Source: Candidatus Krumholzibacteriia bacterium (GTDB lineage: Bacteria; Krumholzibacteriota; Krumholzibacteriia; WVZY01). Taken from it: DNA of 16,811 bases. Shown here piece by piece: positions 7,247 through 16,718 of this stretch. The stretch spans positions 1 to 16,811 of the forward strand of contig JAZGDW010000314.1 in the NCBI GenBank assembly GCA_036478295.1, read 5' to 3'. The position numbers and the translations under genes are program-made. How positions within the stretch are numbered: the first letter of the stretch is position 1; each line of letters starts with the position of its first letter. The notes under the pieces are model-generated. The model was not told the origin of the DNA, searched no databases, and was given only the letters and a program-made list of their open reading frames with translations.

Positions 7247-7675
7247 CTAGAAAACGAGCAGTGCGACCCCGATTCCCAACCCCACTCCGCTGAGCACATC
7301 CATGGGGGTGTAGGAGAGCCGCTTCTCCTCGGGATTCGGGAACGGCTTGTTGCGCAGCCGGTCGAGCAGGAGCAGTACGGCTTCCGCCTGTCTCGAGGTC
7401 GCATTCTTGACGTTCATGGTGTCTACCAGAATGATCGCCGTGACGCACACGGCGAAGGCAAACATAAGTGAATCAAAGCCTTGCCGGACACCGACGGCGG
7501 TGGTCAGCGCCGAAAACGCCGCGCTGTGCATGTTGGGTGCCCCGTCGGTCTGGACGAACCGCTTATAGTTTACTCTCTTTTCCAAAGCGATAAAAGAGAG
7601 GACTTTGACCAATTGTGCGCATGCCCCCGCCGTGATTGCAACCAAAAAGGGCTTGGCCTGCATCGCTTCTATCAT
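7247..7675 (-). CDS. Divergent PAP2 / DUF212 (YuiD-like) membrane protein
   Basis: AQLVKV, G.P..HSA, 'GFDSLMFAFAV', D...V...  QA..L and 'TP.DV..G..LG' follow the DUF212 pattern. Hydrophobic. The position between ispA and dxs is a known one for this family. Start taken at the ATG 7673-7675 (alternative 7663). Confidence 0.75.
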   Translation of the reverse strand: MIEAMQAKPFLVAITAGACAQLVKVLSFIALEKRVNYKRFVQTDGAPNMHSAAFSALTTAVGVRQGFDSLMFAFAVCVTAIILVDTMNVKNATSRQAEAVLLLLDRLRNKPFPNPEEKRLSYTPMDVLSGVGLGIGVALLVF

Positions 7676-7697
7676 GCCGAAACCGCCGTTCTGTCCG

Positions 7698-8621
7698 TCA
7701 ATAGGACCTCTTGACCACACTGCCCAGCAGCATCAACAGGCTGGAGGCGCCCGCCTCGCCCGCGAAGAGCAACTTTGCCTGTGAGATGAGCTCGTGCGCC
7801 TTGCTTGTCGAATCCTCTACCCCGACCAGCGACGGATAGGTCAGCTTGCCATCCTTGGCGTCCTTGCCAGGGGTCTTGCCGAGCGTATCGCGATCGGCCT
7901 CCACGTCGAGTACGTCATCGACGATCTGGAACGCCTGCCCCGCCAGGTATCCCGCCTGCCCCGCGCGCTTCCGACCCGCGGCATCGGCCCCTGCCAGTAC
8001 CGCCCCGCTCTCCAGCGCCGCGGCGATCAAGGCCGCCGTCTTTTGTCCGTGAACCCGTTCCACAGTCTCCAGGGTGCGCGGGAGTTGCTCGCCCATGAGA
8101 TCGAGCGCCTGGCCGCCAATGAGACCTGCACCACCCGCCGCACGGGCGATTACCCGCATCACCTCGACCCGCGTCCCGGCACGCAACGCTTCGGGTCCTC
8201 CCATCGCGAGCAGGATCTCGAAACACAACGTGAGTAACGCGTCCCCGGCGAGGACCGCGACGTCCTCACCAAACTGTTTGTGGCAGCTCGGGCGGCCCCG
8301 CCGCATGTCATCATCGTCCATGCACGGCAGGTCGTCGTGCACCAGCGAATACGTGTGCAGGCATTCGATCGCACAGGCGGTGTCCAGGCAGGCGTCCGCA
8401 CGGACGCCCCCGAATGCCTCGTGCGTCCACACGCACAGCAGCGGCCGCAACCGCTTGCCACCACCGAGTAGTGCGTACTCGACCGCCCCGCGTACGTTGG
8501 CGGGAGCTTGCAGCAGCTGCGACACCAGCTCCCCGCAGCGCCTTTCCACACGCCGGCGCTCGTCCGCCACCCGGTCGTCGAAGCTCGCGGGCGCAGCGCC
8601 CCGGTCCGTCTCAGAACTCAT
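7698..8621 (-). CDS. ispA: Polyprenyl synthetase (farnesyl/geranylgeranyl diphosphate synthase)
   Basis: GGKRLRP, first Asp-rich motif HTYSLVHDDLPCMDDDDMRRG, GQALD, KT, second motif FQIVDDVLD, GKD...K.TYP. Start at the ATG 8619-8621 with AAGGAGG SD. Confidence 0.93.
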   Translation of the reverse strand: MSSETDRGAAPASFDDRVADERRRVERRCGELVSQLLQAPANVRGAVEYALLGGGKRLRPLLCVWTHEAFGGVRADACLDTACAIECLHTYSLVHDDLPCMDDDDMRRGRPSCHKQFGEDVAVLAGDALLTLCFEILLAMGGPEALRAGTRVEVMRVIARAAGGAGLIGGQALDLMGEQLPRTLETVERVHGQKTAALIAAALESGAVLAGADAAGRKRAGQAGYLAGQAFQIVDDVLDVEADRDTLGKTPGKDAKDGKLTYPSLVGVEDSTSKAHELISQAKLLFAGEAGASSLLMLLGSVVKRSY

Positions 8622-8844
8622 CCGGCGCCTCCTTTTGCTCCAGGCCGCCATCCTCGTTCTCGACCAGCAGTTTTATCTTTTCTTCCGCTTTTTCCAGCAT
8701 GCCTTTGCACACGTTACCCAGTTTGAGGCCCTGTTCGAACTTCTTCATGGACTCGTCCAGCGAAAAATCGCCGCTCTCGAGCTCCGCGACGATGCCCTCG
8801 AGCTTTTCCATGGCCTCTTCGAACTTGCCTTTATTGCTTGCCAT
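8611..8844 (-). CDS. xseB: Exodeoxyribonuclease VII small subunit
   Basis: FEEAMEKLEGIVAELESGDFSLDESMKKFEQG..L...C...L..AE.KI; directly follows xseA. Confidence 0.95.
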   Translation of the reverse strand: MASNKGKFEEAMEKLEGIVAELESGDFSLDESMKKFEQGLKLGNVCKGMLEKAEEKIKLLVENEDGGLEQKEAPDEF

Positions 8845-10048
8845 CGAGTTTCTCCTTTACTTCCGACAGGACGCTGCCGTCTTTGAATGTGACCCTCATG
8901 TCGCGTATCTCGGCGGCGCGCGCCGCGCTGCTGATGACGGCCCCCGTTTCGAAATCCGCGCAGATCGAATACCCGCGCCCGAGGATCGCCGTCGCGTCGA
9001 GGCCCTGCAACCTCGTCATCGCATGAGTCAACGCTACCCTCCCTGTTCGGACCACCTCACTGATCCGCCGCTGCAGGTTGTCCATCGCGTAGTCGTGCGC
9101 CTGCAGGTAGCGCTCGATTTTGCCGCGCACCTGACCCAGCGCGTAGCTCCTCAAGAGCTCTCGCAGCCGCACCTTGTACAAATCGACGGCGCCCCGCATG
9201 CGTTGGGTCAGCGTCGCCTGCATGCGCTCGAGATTCTCGAGCACGTCTGCCAGCTCCGGAACGGCGATCTCCGCCGCCATCGTCGGAGTGGCGGCGCGTA
9301 CGTCCGCGACAAAATCGGCGATGGTGAAATCGGTCTCGTGCCCCACCGCGCTGATGACGGGCACCGGGCACTGGTAGATGGCCCGGGCGACCGCCTCCTC
9401 GTTGAACGCCCACAGGTCTTCGAGGCTGCCCCCTCCCCTCCCCACAATAATCAACTCGAGGTCGGGCACCTCGGGCAGCCGCTCGAGGGCGCGCACGATC
9501 TCGCCCGCGGCGGATTCTCCCTGCACGCGGACGGGAAAGAGCAGCAATTCGGCACACGGCCAGCGCCGCGCGACCGTCGAAATGACGTCGTGCACCGCGG
9601 CCCCCGTGGGCGAGGTGACCACGGCCAGCTTGAACGGATACGCCGGCAGCGGCTGCTTGTGCTCGGGATCGAAGAGACCCTCTTTCTCCAACTTGTCCTT
9701 GAGGGCGCGAAACGCCTGCTCGAGCTCGCCGACGCCGGCCTTCTCGATACGCGAGGCGACGATCTGGTACTGGCCGTACGGCTCGTAGACGGTCAGGCGC
9801 CCGCTGACCAGGACCTTGATCCCGTCCGCCAGGTCGAAGTCCACTCTGCCGGCGTCGCCGCGAAAGCACATGCCCTTGAGCTGCGATTCCGCGTCTTTGA
9901 GAGTGAAATAGAGATGTCCGGACGAGTGGCGCCTGAAGTTAGAGATTTCCCCGACCACGCGGACGCTCCGGTAGTTCTGGTCGAGGATCGCTTTGACCTC
10001 GCGGTTTATCTCGGTAACGGTAAAGTAGTCCCGGTCACCCAACAACAT
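8831..10048 (-). CDS. xseA: Exodeoxyribonuclease VII large subunit
   Basis: GEISNF..HSSGHLYFTLKD, VTSPTGAAVHD, GRGGGSLEDLWAFN, SAVGHETDFTIADFVADVRAATPT. Confidence 0.96.
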   Translation of the reverse strand: MLLGDRDYFTVTEINREVKAILDQNYRSVRVVGEISNFRRHSSGHLYFTLKDAESQLKGMCFRGDAGRVDFDLADGIKVLVSGRLTVYEPYGQYQIVASRIEKAGVGELEQAFRALKDKLEKEGLFDPEHKQPLPAYPFKLAVVTSPTGAAVHDVISTVARRWPCAELLLFPVRVQGESAAGEIVRALERLPEVPDLELIIVGRGGGSLEDLWAFNEEAVARAIYQCPVPVISAVGHETDFTIADFVADVRAATPTMAAEIAVPELADVLENLERMQATLTQRMRGAVDLYKVRLRELLRSYALGQVRGKIERYLQAHDYAMDNLQRRISEVVRTGRVALTHAMTRLQGLDATAILGRGYSICADFETGAVISSAARAAEIRDMRVTFKDGSVLSEVKEKLDGKQ

Positions 10049-10925
10049 TTGAGGCCACTGCCTGCAGGGAAAAAGCTTTTAGTGTATTGGACATGAGCAT
10101 GGCGACGGTCATGGGGCCCACGCCACCCGGAACCGGCGTGATCCAGGATGCTTTCTCGGCGACGGCGTCGAAGTCCACGTCTCCTACCAGCCGGTAGCCC
10201 TTCTTGCGCGTCGCGTCATCCACGCGGTTTATGCCCACGTCGATCACGACCACTCCTTCTTTGACCATGTCCGCGGTTACGAAGCCCGGCTGTCCCATGG
10301 CGGCGATGACGATATCCGCCTCGCGCGTTACGGCCGCGATGTCGCGAGTGCGGCTGTGGCAGACCGTCACCGTCGCATCGCCGCCCTGCCCTTTCAGGCC
10401 GAGCAGGAGGGAAACCGGTTTGCCCACGATGATGCTCCTGCCGAGGACCACGGCGCGCTTGCCCGACGTTTCGATTTTGTTCTGCACGAACAGCTCCTGG
10501 ATGCCCAGCGGTGTGCACGGCACGAAGCGCGGCTTGCCCGACGTCAGGAGCCCGAGGTTCTCCGGATGGAACCCGTCGACGTCCTTGATGGCAGCGATCG
10601 TAGCGACCGCGCGGTCCTGGTCGATGTGCGGCGGCAACGGCAACTGCAGGAGGATGCCGTTCACCGATGCGTCCGAGCTCAAGTCCTCGAGTGTCCCGAG
10701 CAAACGCTTCTCGCTTACGTCCTTGGGCAGATGAACCTGGCGCGATTCGATGCCGCAAAACTCGCTCATCCGGGACTTGGTCCGCACGTACACGCTCGAC
10801 GCCGGGTCTTCGCCGACCTGGACGAGCGTCAGTACCGGCTTGTTGTCACCGGATAACTGTGCCACCTGTTGTTTCACCCGTTCCTGCACGACGACCGCGG
10901 CCGCCTTGCCGTCTAGAATCTTCAC
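10035..10925 (-). CDS. folD: Bifunctional methylenetetrahydrofolate dehydrogenase/cyclohydrolase
   Basis: ILDGK, Y...K, GILLQLPLP, KDVDGFHPEN, PCTP.G, GRSIIVGKP, IDVGIN, ITPVPGGVGPMT. GTG start abuts the upstream TAA. Confidence 0.97.
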   Translation of the reverse strand: MKILDGKAAAVVVQERVKQQVAQLSGDNKPVLTLVQVGEDPASSVYVRTKSRMSEFCGIESRQVHLPKDVSEKRLLGTLEDLSSDASVNGILLQLPLPPHIDQDRAVATIAAIKDVDGFHPENLGLLTSGKPRFVPCTPLGIQELFVQNKIETSGKRAVVLGRSIIVGKPVSLLLGLKGQGGDATVTVCHSRTRDIAAVTREADIVIAAMGQPGFVTADMVKEGVVVIDVGINRVDDATRKKGYRLVGDVDFDAVAEKASWITPVPGGVGPMTVAMLMSNTLKAFSLQAVASNVVG

Positions 10926-11708
10926 TTATTCCGCCACCTCGAGTTGGAGATGTTCGATGCTGTTCGCCTTGCCGGTTGACTCGTCGATATCGAGCACGAC
11001 CAGATCGGAGCGTAGGTCCTTGCTTGCCACCTGGAAGCGTATGGGTCGCATCTCAAGAAAGCGCTGCACGGCGACATCCTTGGATATGCCCAACACCGAG
11101 TCGTACGCGCCGGTCATTCCCACGTCGGTCACATAAGCCGTGCCACCGGGCAGGATACGCTCGTCCCGCGTCGGGACATGCGTGTGCGTGCCGAGAATGG
11201 CTGACACGCGCCCGTCGAGGTACCAGCCCATCGCCATCTTCTCGCTCGTCGCCTCGGCGTGCAGATCGAGCAGCTTGACCTTGCAGTCGTTGCCGACGTT
11301 TTCGAGCAACCTGTCCATCGTCCTGAAGGGACAGTCGATCGGCGGCAGGAACACCCGTCCCTGTACGTTGAACAGTGCCACCTGCGTGTTCTTCACCGTG
11401 ATAACGCGAAAACCGACGCCCTCCGCGTTACCCGGATAGTTGGCCGGTCTCAACATATTATTGCGCAGGTTGAGCAGTGCCACGCCTTCCTTCTTGTCCC
11501 AGATGTGGTTGCCGCTGGTAAAGAAGTTCACGCCGGCGCGCTCGAGCTCGTCGAACGCTTTCTCCGTGATCCCGAAACCACCAGCGGCGTTTTCGAGGTT
11601 GGCCACGATCAAGTCGAGCGCGAAACGCTCCTTGAGCATGGGGACGACGCGTGCGACCGTTCGCCTGCCCGCTCTACCGACAACGTCACCAATAAACGCG
11701 ATTACCAA
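10926..11708 (-). CDS. ymdB: YmdB-like (TIGR00282) 2',3'-cyclic nucleotide metallophosphoesterase
   Basis: FIGDVVG, ENAAGG, SGNHIWD, RPANYP, DLHAEATSEK, GTHTHV, TDVGMTG. Conserved position after rny. TTG start with GAGGA SD. Confidence 0.93.
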   Translation of the reverse strand: MVIAFIGDVVGRAGRRTVARVVPMLKERFALDLIVANLENAAGGFGITEKAFDELERAGVNFFTSGNHIWDKKEGVALLNLRNNMLRPANYPGNAEGVGFRVITVKNTQVALFNVQGRVFLPPIDCPFRTMDRLLENVGNDCKVKLLDLHAEATSEKMAMGWYLDGRVSAILGTHTHVPTRDERILPGGTAYVTDVGMTGAYDSVLGISKDVAVQRFLEMRPIRFQVASKDLRSDLVVLDIDESTGKANSIEHLQLEVAE

Positions 11709-11728
11709 CGTGTCCTCGATTCCACTCG

Positions 11729-13294
11729 CTACTTCGCGTACTCCACCGCACGGGTCTCACGAATAACGACCACCTTGATGTGTCCCGGGTACTCGAGTTC
11801 GTTCTCGACCTTGCGAGATATGTCGAACGCGAGCTTGGCCGCCTGGGCATCATCTATGCGCTCGTTGCTCACCATTATCCGTATCTCGCGTCCCGCCTGG
11901 ATCGCGTACGCTTTTTCGACGCCTTCGAATGCGCTGGCGAGGGTTTCAAGCTTCTCCAGCCGCTTGACGTACGCCTCGAGCGTTTCGCGCCGGGCGCCCG
12001 GCCTCGCGCCGCTGATGGCGTCGGCCGCCTCCACGATGGGTGTGTAGAGCGACGTGGCATCGATGTCCTGATGGTGGCCATGTATCGCGTTGACAATCTG
12101 CTCGCTCTCGCCGTAGCGACGCGCAAACTCACCACCGATCTCGGTGTGCGAGCCGTCCACCTCGTGCGACACCACCTTGCCGATGTCGTGCAGCAGGCCC
12201 GCGCGGCGGGCGATTTGCTGGTCGAGCTTCAACTCGGCGGCGATCATACCGGACAGGTACGCGACCTCCATGGAGTGCTTGAGGCAGTTCTGCCCGTAGC
12301 TCGTGCGGTAGTGCATCTTGCCGACGAGCATTACCATCTCCTCGTGCATACCGTGCAGGTTCAAGTCCATGCAGGCCTGCTCGCCGAATTCCTGGATACC
12401 CTTTTGCATCTCTTCGCGGGTTCTCTCGACCACTTCCTCGATGCGTCCCGGGTGGATTCGTCCGTCGTGCACGAGGGTTTGCAGCGCCAACCGGGCCACC
12501 TCGCGCCGTACCGGGTCGAAAGACGACAGGGTTACGGCCTCCGGGGTATCGTCGATGACGACGTCCACTCCGGTGGCCTTCTCAAAAGCGCGGATGTTCC
12601 GACCCTCTTTGCCGATGATGCGGCCTTTCATCTCGTCGGAGGGCAGGTCCACTACCGATACCGTGGTCTCGACGCTCTGGTCGGCGGCGTAACGCTGGAT
12701 GGCGAGCGTGATAATCTTTTGCGCGTCGCGCTGCGAGGTCCTCCGTACCTCCTCGTGGATCTCCTTGATGCGCCGTGCCGCCTCCATCTTGGCTTCGCTC
12801 TCCAGGTTGCGCATCAGCATGACCTTTGCGTCCTCCTTGCTCATACCGGCGATGCGCTCCAACCGCACGTTCTCCTCGGCGATGAGGCGGTTGGTCTCCA
12901 GCAGTTTCTGGTCCAGCCGCTCCTGCTTGCGATCGATCGCCAGCTGTTTCTCATCCAGCGCCATTTCTTTCTTGTCGAGCAGGTCGACCTTGCGGGCCAG
13001 GTTGCTCTCCTTGGTGATGAGAGACAACTCCTGCTCCTTCTGCTGTTCTCGTGTGGCGCGGGTCTTTTCCTCGAAGTCGAGTTTCATCTTGAGATCCATA
13101 TCCTTGGCGTCGATCTCCGCCTCTTTGCGGTAGTTCTCAGCGTGCTTCTGCGCTTCGCCAATTATAGTGTCCGATAACCTCTTCGAGTTTTGCATTTGAT
13201 TCGTTACCGCTCGCCGGCCCAACAACGCTCCGATGAAGAATCCAACGGCAAGGGCTGCTACGGCGGCGCCGACAATAATGAATACGCTATTCAT
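11729..13294 (-). CDS. rny: Ribonuclease Y
   Basis: N-terminal TM helix, coiled coil, KH domain (MKGRIIGKEGRNIR), HD domain (YRTSYGQN...HS...LLHDIGK), ADAISGARPGARRE, AIQAGREIR. Confidence 0.97.
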   Translation of the reverse strand: MNSVFIIVGAAVAALAVGFFIGALLGRRAVTNQMQNSKRLSDTIIGEAQKHAENYRKEAEIDAKDMDLKMKLDFEEKTRATREQQKEQELSLITKESNLARKVDLLDKKEMALDEKQLAIDRKQERLDQKLLETNRLIAEENVRLERIAGMSKEDAKVMLMRNLESEAKMEAARRIKEIHEEVRRTSQRDAQKIITLAIQRYAADQSVETTVSVVDLPSDEMKGRIIGKEGRNIRAFEKATGVDVVIDDTPEAVTLSSFDPVRREVARLALQTLVHDGRIHPGRIEEVVERTREEMQKGIQEFGEQACMDLNLHGMHEEMVMLVGKMHYRTSYGQNCLKHSMEVAYLSGMIAAELKLDQQIARRAGLLHDIGKVVSHEVDGSHTEIGGEFARRYGESEQIVNAIHGHHQDIDATSLYTPIVEAADAISGARPGARRETLEAYVKRLEKLETLASAFEGVEKAYAIQAGREIRIMVSNERIDDAQAAKLAFDISRKVENELEYPGHIKVVVIRETRAVEYAK

Positions 13295-13390
13295 GCTGGT
13301 TCCCCCTATCGATGAACGACACGGGTCAGACGCGTGTTTTAGACGTTTCTTTTTTGAATCAGGGGAGAAACTCGGAGGGAGGAGAAATGA

Positions 13391-13570
13391 AAATTCCCCA
13401 CGCTATGCCGTGTGCAAGGGAACTTTTGAACCTTTCGGTTCAAGTGGACACCCTCATGGCAAGTTTTGTCGTCCCCGTTGGGGCATGACAGCCCTCACCA
13501 AATTCGGGATTCCCACAAAGAGGTGTTGGCTCAATAGTTACCTTTCCATCACAAACATGGTAGGGAATTC
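13391..13570 (-). ncRNA. ssrS: 6S RNA
   Basis: About 180 nt between zapA and rny, a classic ssrS position. Closing stem AAUUCCCUAC/GUGGGGAAUU, rod-like fold with apical CCCC-aac-GGGG, and a UUGAACC-GAAA-GGUUCAA hairpin on the 3' side of the central region. Has its own promoter and is followed by a U-rich tract. Confidence 0.85.
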
Positions 13571-13576
13571 TCGAAA

Positions 13577-13605
13577 ATCATATCAAACCAGCTGTTCCCC
13601 ATCAA
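13577..13605 (-). promoter_or_regulatory. sigma70 promoter of 6S RNA
   Basis: TTGATG (13600-13605)-17 nt-TATGAT (13577-13582) with extended -10 TG. The predicted +1 (about 13570) coincides with the 5' end of the 6S closing stem. Confidence 0.75.
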
Positions 13606-13637
13606 GGGTTATCATTGTCAGTGATGAAAACTATCTT

Positions 13638-13934
13638 TCATTTACTGGCAAGAAGATTTTGATCGAGTAACGCAATCAAATGATCCGCCTTTTGCTCCAC
13701 AGAGGAAACCGTCTCAGATGACTGACCGCGTTCCTGAAACAACTCATCCGCAATGTTCAGGGCCGCAAGAATCGCAATTGTGTCTTGCGAAGGCAGCGAC
13801 GAATTGCCAGCCAGTTCTCGCATCTTTTCATCGACGTATTTGGCCATTTCTTCGATGTAGCTTTTATCAGCGTGTCCTTTGATCTTGTATTCGCGTCCAA
13901 ATATTTTCACTGTGATGACGCTGGGTTGTTCCAT
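13638..13934 (-). CDS. zapA: Cell division protein ZapA
   Basis: ITVKIFGREYKI, A.YVDEKM.E, IAILAALNIADEL and a C-terminal coiled coil. pheT-zapA-6S synteny. Confidence 0.93.
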   Translation of the reverse strand: MEQPSVITVKIFGREYKIKGHADKSYIEEMAKYVDEKMRELAGNSSLPSQDTIAILAALNIADELFQERGQSSETVSSVEQKADHLIALLDQNLLASK

Positions 13935-14013
13935 TTGGACTCCGTCTAAGTCTTCTTACCTTAGTAACTATAAGCCAATACCGCTTCTACCGCTGTAAAG
14001 GCCCCTTAACACT

Positions 14014-14307
14014 CTAGATTTGCAGTTCTCCGAACTTCTCTAGCATTCTATCAATCTTATTTAAAATCTTTTTTTCCTCCACCAGCCCCACCGGCCGCTC
14101 TGTTTTGGCCGTCTTCAACTCGAAAATCTGTTTAGAAAGCTCGTTATTATGCAACCGTAACTCGCGAAGCTGCCCCTCAGTCTTTTCATTCTTTTCTTGC
14201 AGTGTCCGGCGAGCCGCCTCCAACTCTGCAAATTTCTCCACCGCCCGGGATATCTTGGCTTCCAACCGATCCAACTTCTCAAACTTGGGCGCTTGGCTTG
14301 AGGTCAT
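14014..14307 (-). CDS. Small coiled-coil protein, ZapB-like
   Basis: Heptad pattern LDRLEAKISRAVEKFAELEAARRTLQEKNE..., ending KIDRMLEK. Lies directly upstream of zapA and is coupled to pheT by a TGATG overlap. Confidence 0.7.
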   Translation of the reverse strand: MTSSQAPKFEKLDRLEAKISRAVEKFAELEAARRTLQEKNEKTEGQLRELRLHNNELSKQIFELKTAKTERPVGLVEEKKILNKIDRMLEKFGELQI

Positions 14308-16703
14308 CAGGTCCTCAATTCGATTTTTAACTCATTTTTCAGTCTTGTCAGCACTTTATCAATGATTTGATCGACTTCAGCGTCGGTCAGCGTTCCCTTC
14401 GAGGAGCGAAAGGTCAAGCGCACGCCGTAAGCCGTGTGTCCACTTGCGATTTTGTCACCACGGTATACGTCGAAAACCTGGGCTGATTCTAGCAAGCGCC
14501 CTCCGGTCTTGACCAGAGATTTCTCGATCTGAGCGAATTCCACGCCCTGGCCGGCAATGAGCGACAGATCTCGTTTCGAACTCGGATAATCGACGATCGG
14601 CCGGAGCCGCGGTTGGCTCGCATGGTGCTGAAAGAGCCGCACCAGGTCCAGGCTCGCGTACCACACCGGTTGCTCGAAATCGTACCGCCGGCTGACCTGC
14701 TCGTTAACGACCCCACCCTCGATCAGGGTGTCGTTCTTGAAGCGATACCGGAATTGCCCGGTCGCCCCATCAAAACCATACTGCAGGCCCGCCCCAAAGT
14801 CAATATTGAACGACCGCAGGAAAACCTCTAGTTCTTCTTTAATATCAAATAGATCAGGCGCTAACTTCAAGTTGTTCCAGAAGTCAGCCGTGTTCGGGTA
14901 GCTTACCGCCAGCCCGAGCAGCGCCTGCTCCTCGGGCAGCTGTGTCGTCCCTCGCGGGGCCAGGAAAACCCGGCCCGCCTGAAACAACTTGAGGCGCCGG
15001 ACGCCGTGGTCGATGTTCCAGCGGATGACGTCCAGCATCCCCGGTAACAGACTGGTCCGGAGGTAGCGATGGTGGACGTTCAGCGGGTTGCGAATCGGGA
15101 TGGGGGTACGCCTCGGGTCATCCTCCGGCCATGCAAAGTCCTCGATCTCCCGCCCGTCAGTGAAGGAACTCGTTGCCACCTCACAATAACCGCGGGCGGC
15201 CATATGGTCGCACAGATCTTCAACAAACTGGTCGTAGGGCGGATTCTCGGCAAAGGTCGTGGTGCGGAACTTCCACGCCTTGCCGATCTGGTCGTAGCCG
15301 TAGAGGCGCGCCACCTCCTCGATAAGATCGATCTCCTCCTCGATATCCAGCCGGAACGACGGCACAAGGATCGACAGTTTGTCGTCCGAGCGTGCCACGG
15401 TCTCGAAACCGAGCGCAGTGAGATGCTCGTCGATTTCAGCCGCCGTCAGGTCGGCTCCGAGAATGCGGCGCGTGCGGTCTCGCCGGATGTCGATGGTCTT
15501 CGCCGCCAGAGGAGCCGGATACGCGTCCACCACGGGGCCTGCCTCTCCGCCTGCCAACTCGCAGATCAAGTCGGCGGCCCGTTCGGCCGCCCGCAGGCAG
15601 CCGTCGCGGTTGACACCGCGCTCGAAACGGTACGACGCGTCCGTAGTGATCCCAAGGCCTTTGCGCCCCCTGCGCACGACGGTCGTGTCAAAATTGGCGC
15701 TCTCGATCAGGATGTCTACGGTGTCCCCGTGCACGGCGGATAACTCGCCCCCGATAACGCCCGCAAGCGCCACGGGTTGTCGCGCGTCGGCGATGACCAG
15801 GGTCTCCGCTGTCAGCTCGTAATTCTTGCCGTCGAGCGCGAGCAGCGCTTCGCCGTCGCGCGCCCTGCGCACCACGATGTGGGAATCTCTTATCTGTTTG
15901 ATGTCAAATGCGTGCAGCGGCTGGCCCATCTCCAACATGACGTAGTTCGCAACGTCAACAATGTTATTGACGCTGTTAAGCCCCACACCCTCCAGGGAGC
16001 TCTGCAGCCACATCGGTGACGGGCCCACGCGGATGCCCCGCACTAGCTTGCCCACGTAACGGGGACAGTCCTCGGGTTTTTCGATAGTGACCTTGAAGGG
16101 CGCCTTGCCGCTGGACGATGAAGTCTTCACCTTTGGCAACTCGAGCGGCGACCGCTCGATCGCCGCCACCTCCCTGGCCACACCGACATGGCACAGGAGA
16201 TCCGGGCGGTTGGGCGTCACTTCGATCTCCAGAATCTCGTCCGGTGGGGGAAGTACCTCGGAGACCGGCGCGCCCGGCACATACTCACCCTCGAGCACCA
16301 TGATACCGGCCGCGTCGTCGCCCAACCCCAGTTCGCGCTCGGAACAGATCATCCCGTCGGAACGCACGCCGCGGATCTTCGCCTGTTTGATACGGGTGCC
16401 GTCTGCAAGCTTGGCTCCGGGCAACGCCACCAGGACGTTCTGCCCCTCGGCGACGTTTTCTGCTCCGCACACGATGTCACGGGGTGCTTTGCCCCCGGCG
16501 TCCACGCGACACACGCGCAGCTTGTCCGCGTTCGGGTGATCGGATACGCCCACAACACGCCCGACCACGACGTTCGGGTCGGTAAAACCGGTGGGAAGAA
16601 CCCGCTCGACATTGAGCCCGGTCATGGTGAGTTTGTCCACAAGCACCCGGGTGTCTTCCGGAATGCGAACATACTTTTTCAGCCAGGACAGACTGATCAG
16701 CAT
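14307..16703 (-). CDS. pheT: Phenylalanine--tRNA ligase beta subunit
   Basis: MLISLSWLK, HPNADKL, IVCGA.NV, SDGMICSERELG, TPNRPDLL, GQPLHAFD, RFERG, EEVARLYGYD, LRTSLLPG and a C-terminal anticodon-binding domain (YPSSKRDLS). Confidence 0.97.
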   Translation of the reverse strand: MLISLSWLKKYVRIPEDTRVLVDKLTMTGLNVERVLPTGFTDPNVVVGRVVGVSDHPNADKLRVCRVDAGGKAPRDIVCGAENVAEGQNVLVALPGAKLADGTRIKQAKIRGVRSDGMICSERELGLGDDAAGIMVLEGEYVPGAPVSEVLPPPDEILEIEVTPNRPDLLCHVGVAREVAAIERSPLELPKVKTSSSSGKAPFKVTIEKPEDCPRYVGKLVRGIRVGPSPMWLQSSLEGVGLNSVNNIVDVANYVMLEMGQPLHAFDIKQIRDSHIVVRRARDGEALLALDGKNYELTAETLVIADARQPVALAGVIGGELSAVHGDTVDILIESANFDTTVVRRGRKGLGITTDASYRFERGVNRDGCLRAAERAADLICELAGGEAGPVVDAYPAPLAAKTIDIRRDRTRRILGADLTAAEIDEHLTALGFETVARSDDKLSILVPSFRLDIEEEIDLIEEVARLYGYDQIGKAWKFRTTTFAENPPYDQFVEDLCDHMAARGYCEVATSSFTDGREIEDFAWPEDDPRRTPIPIRNPLNVHHRYLRTSLLPGMLDVIRWNIDHGVRRLKLFQAGRVFLAPRGTTQLPEEQALLGLAVSYPNTADFWNNLKLAPDLFDIKEELEVFLRSFNIDFGAGLQYGFDGATGQFRYRFKNDTLIEGGVVNEQVSRRYDFEQPVWYASLDLVRLFQHHASQPRLRPIVDYPSSKRDLSLIAGQGVEFAQIEKSLVKTGGRLLESAQVFDVYRGDKIASGHTAYGVRLTFRSSKGTLTDAEVDQIIDKVLTRLKNELKIELRT

Positions 16704-16718
16704 GGAGGATCTCCCCCG

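Noticed and set aside
8414..10096. 560-aa plus-strand ORF
   Set aside because: Antisense to xseA/xseB/ispA; unnatural composition and no domain signature.
11780..13177. 465-aa plus-strand ORF
   Set aside because: Antisense shadow of rny.
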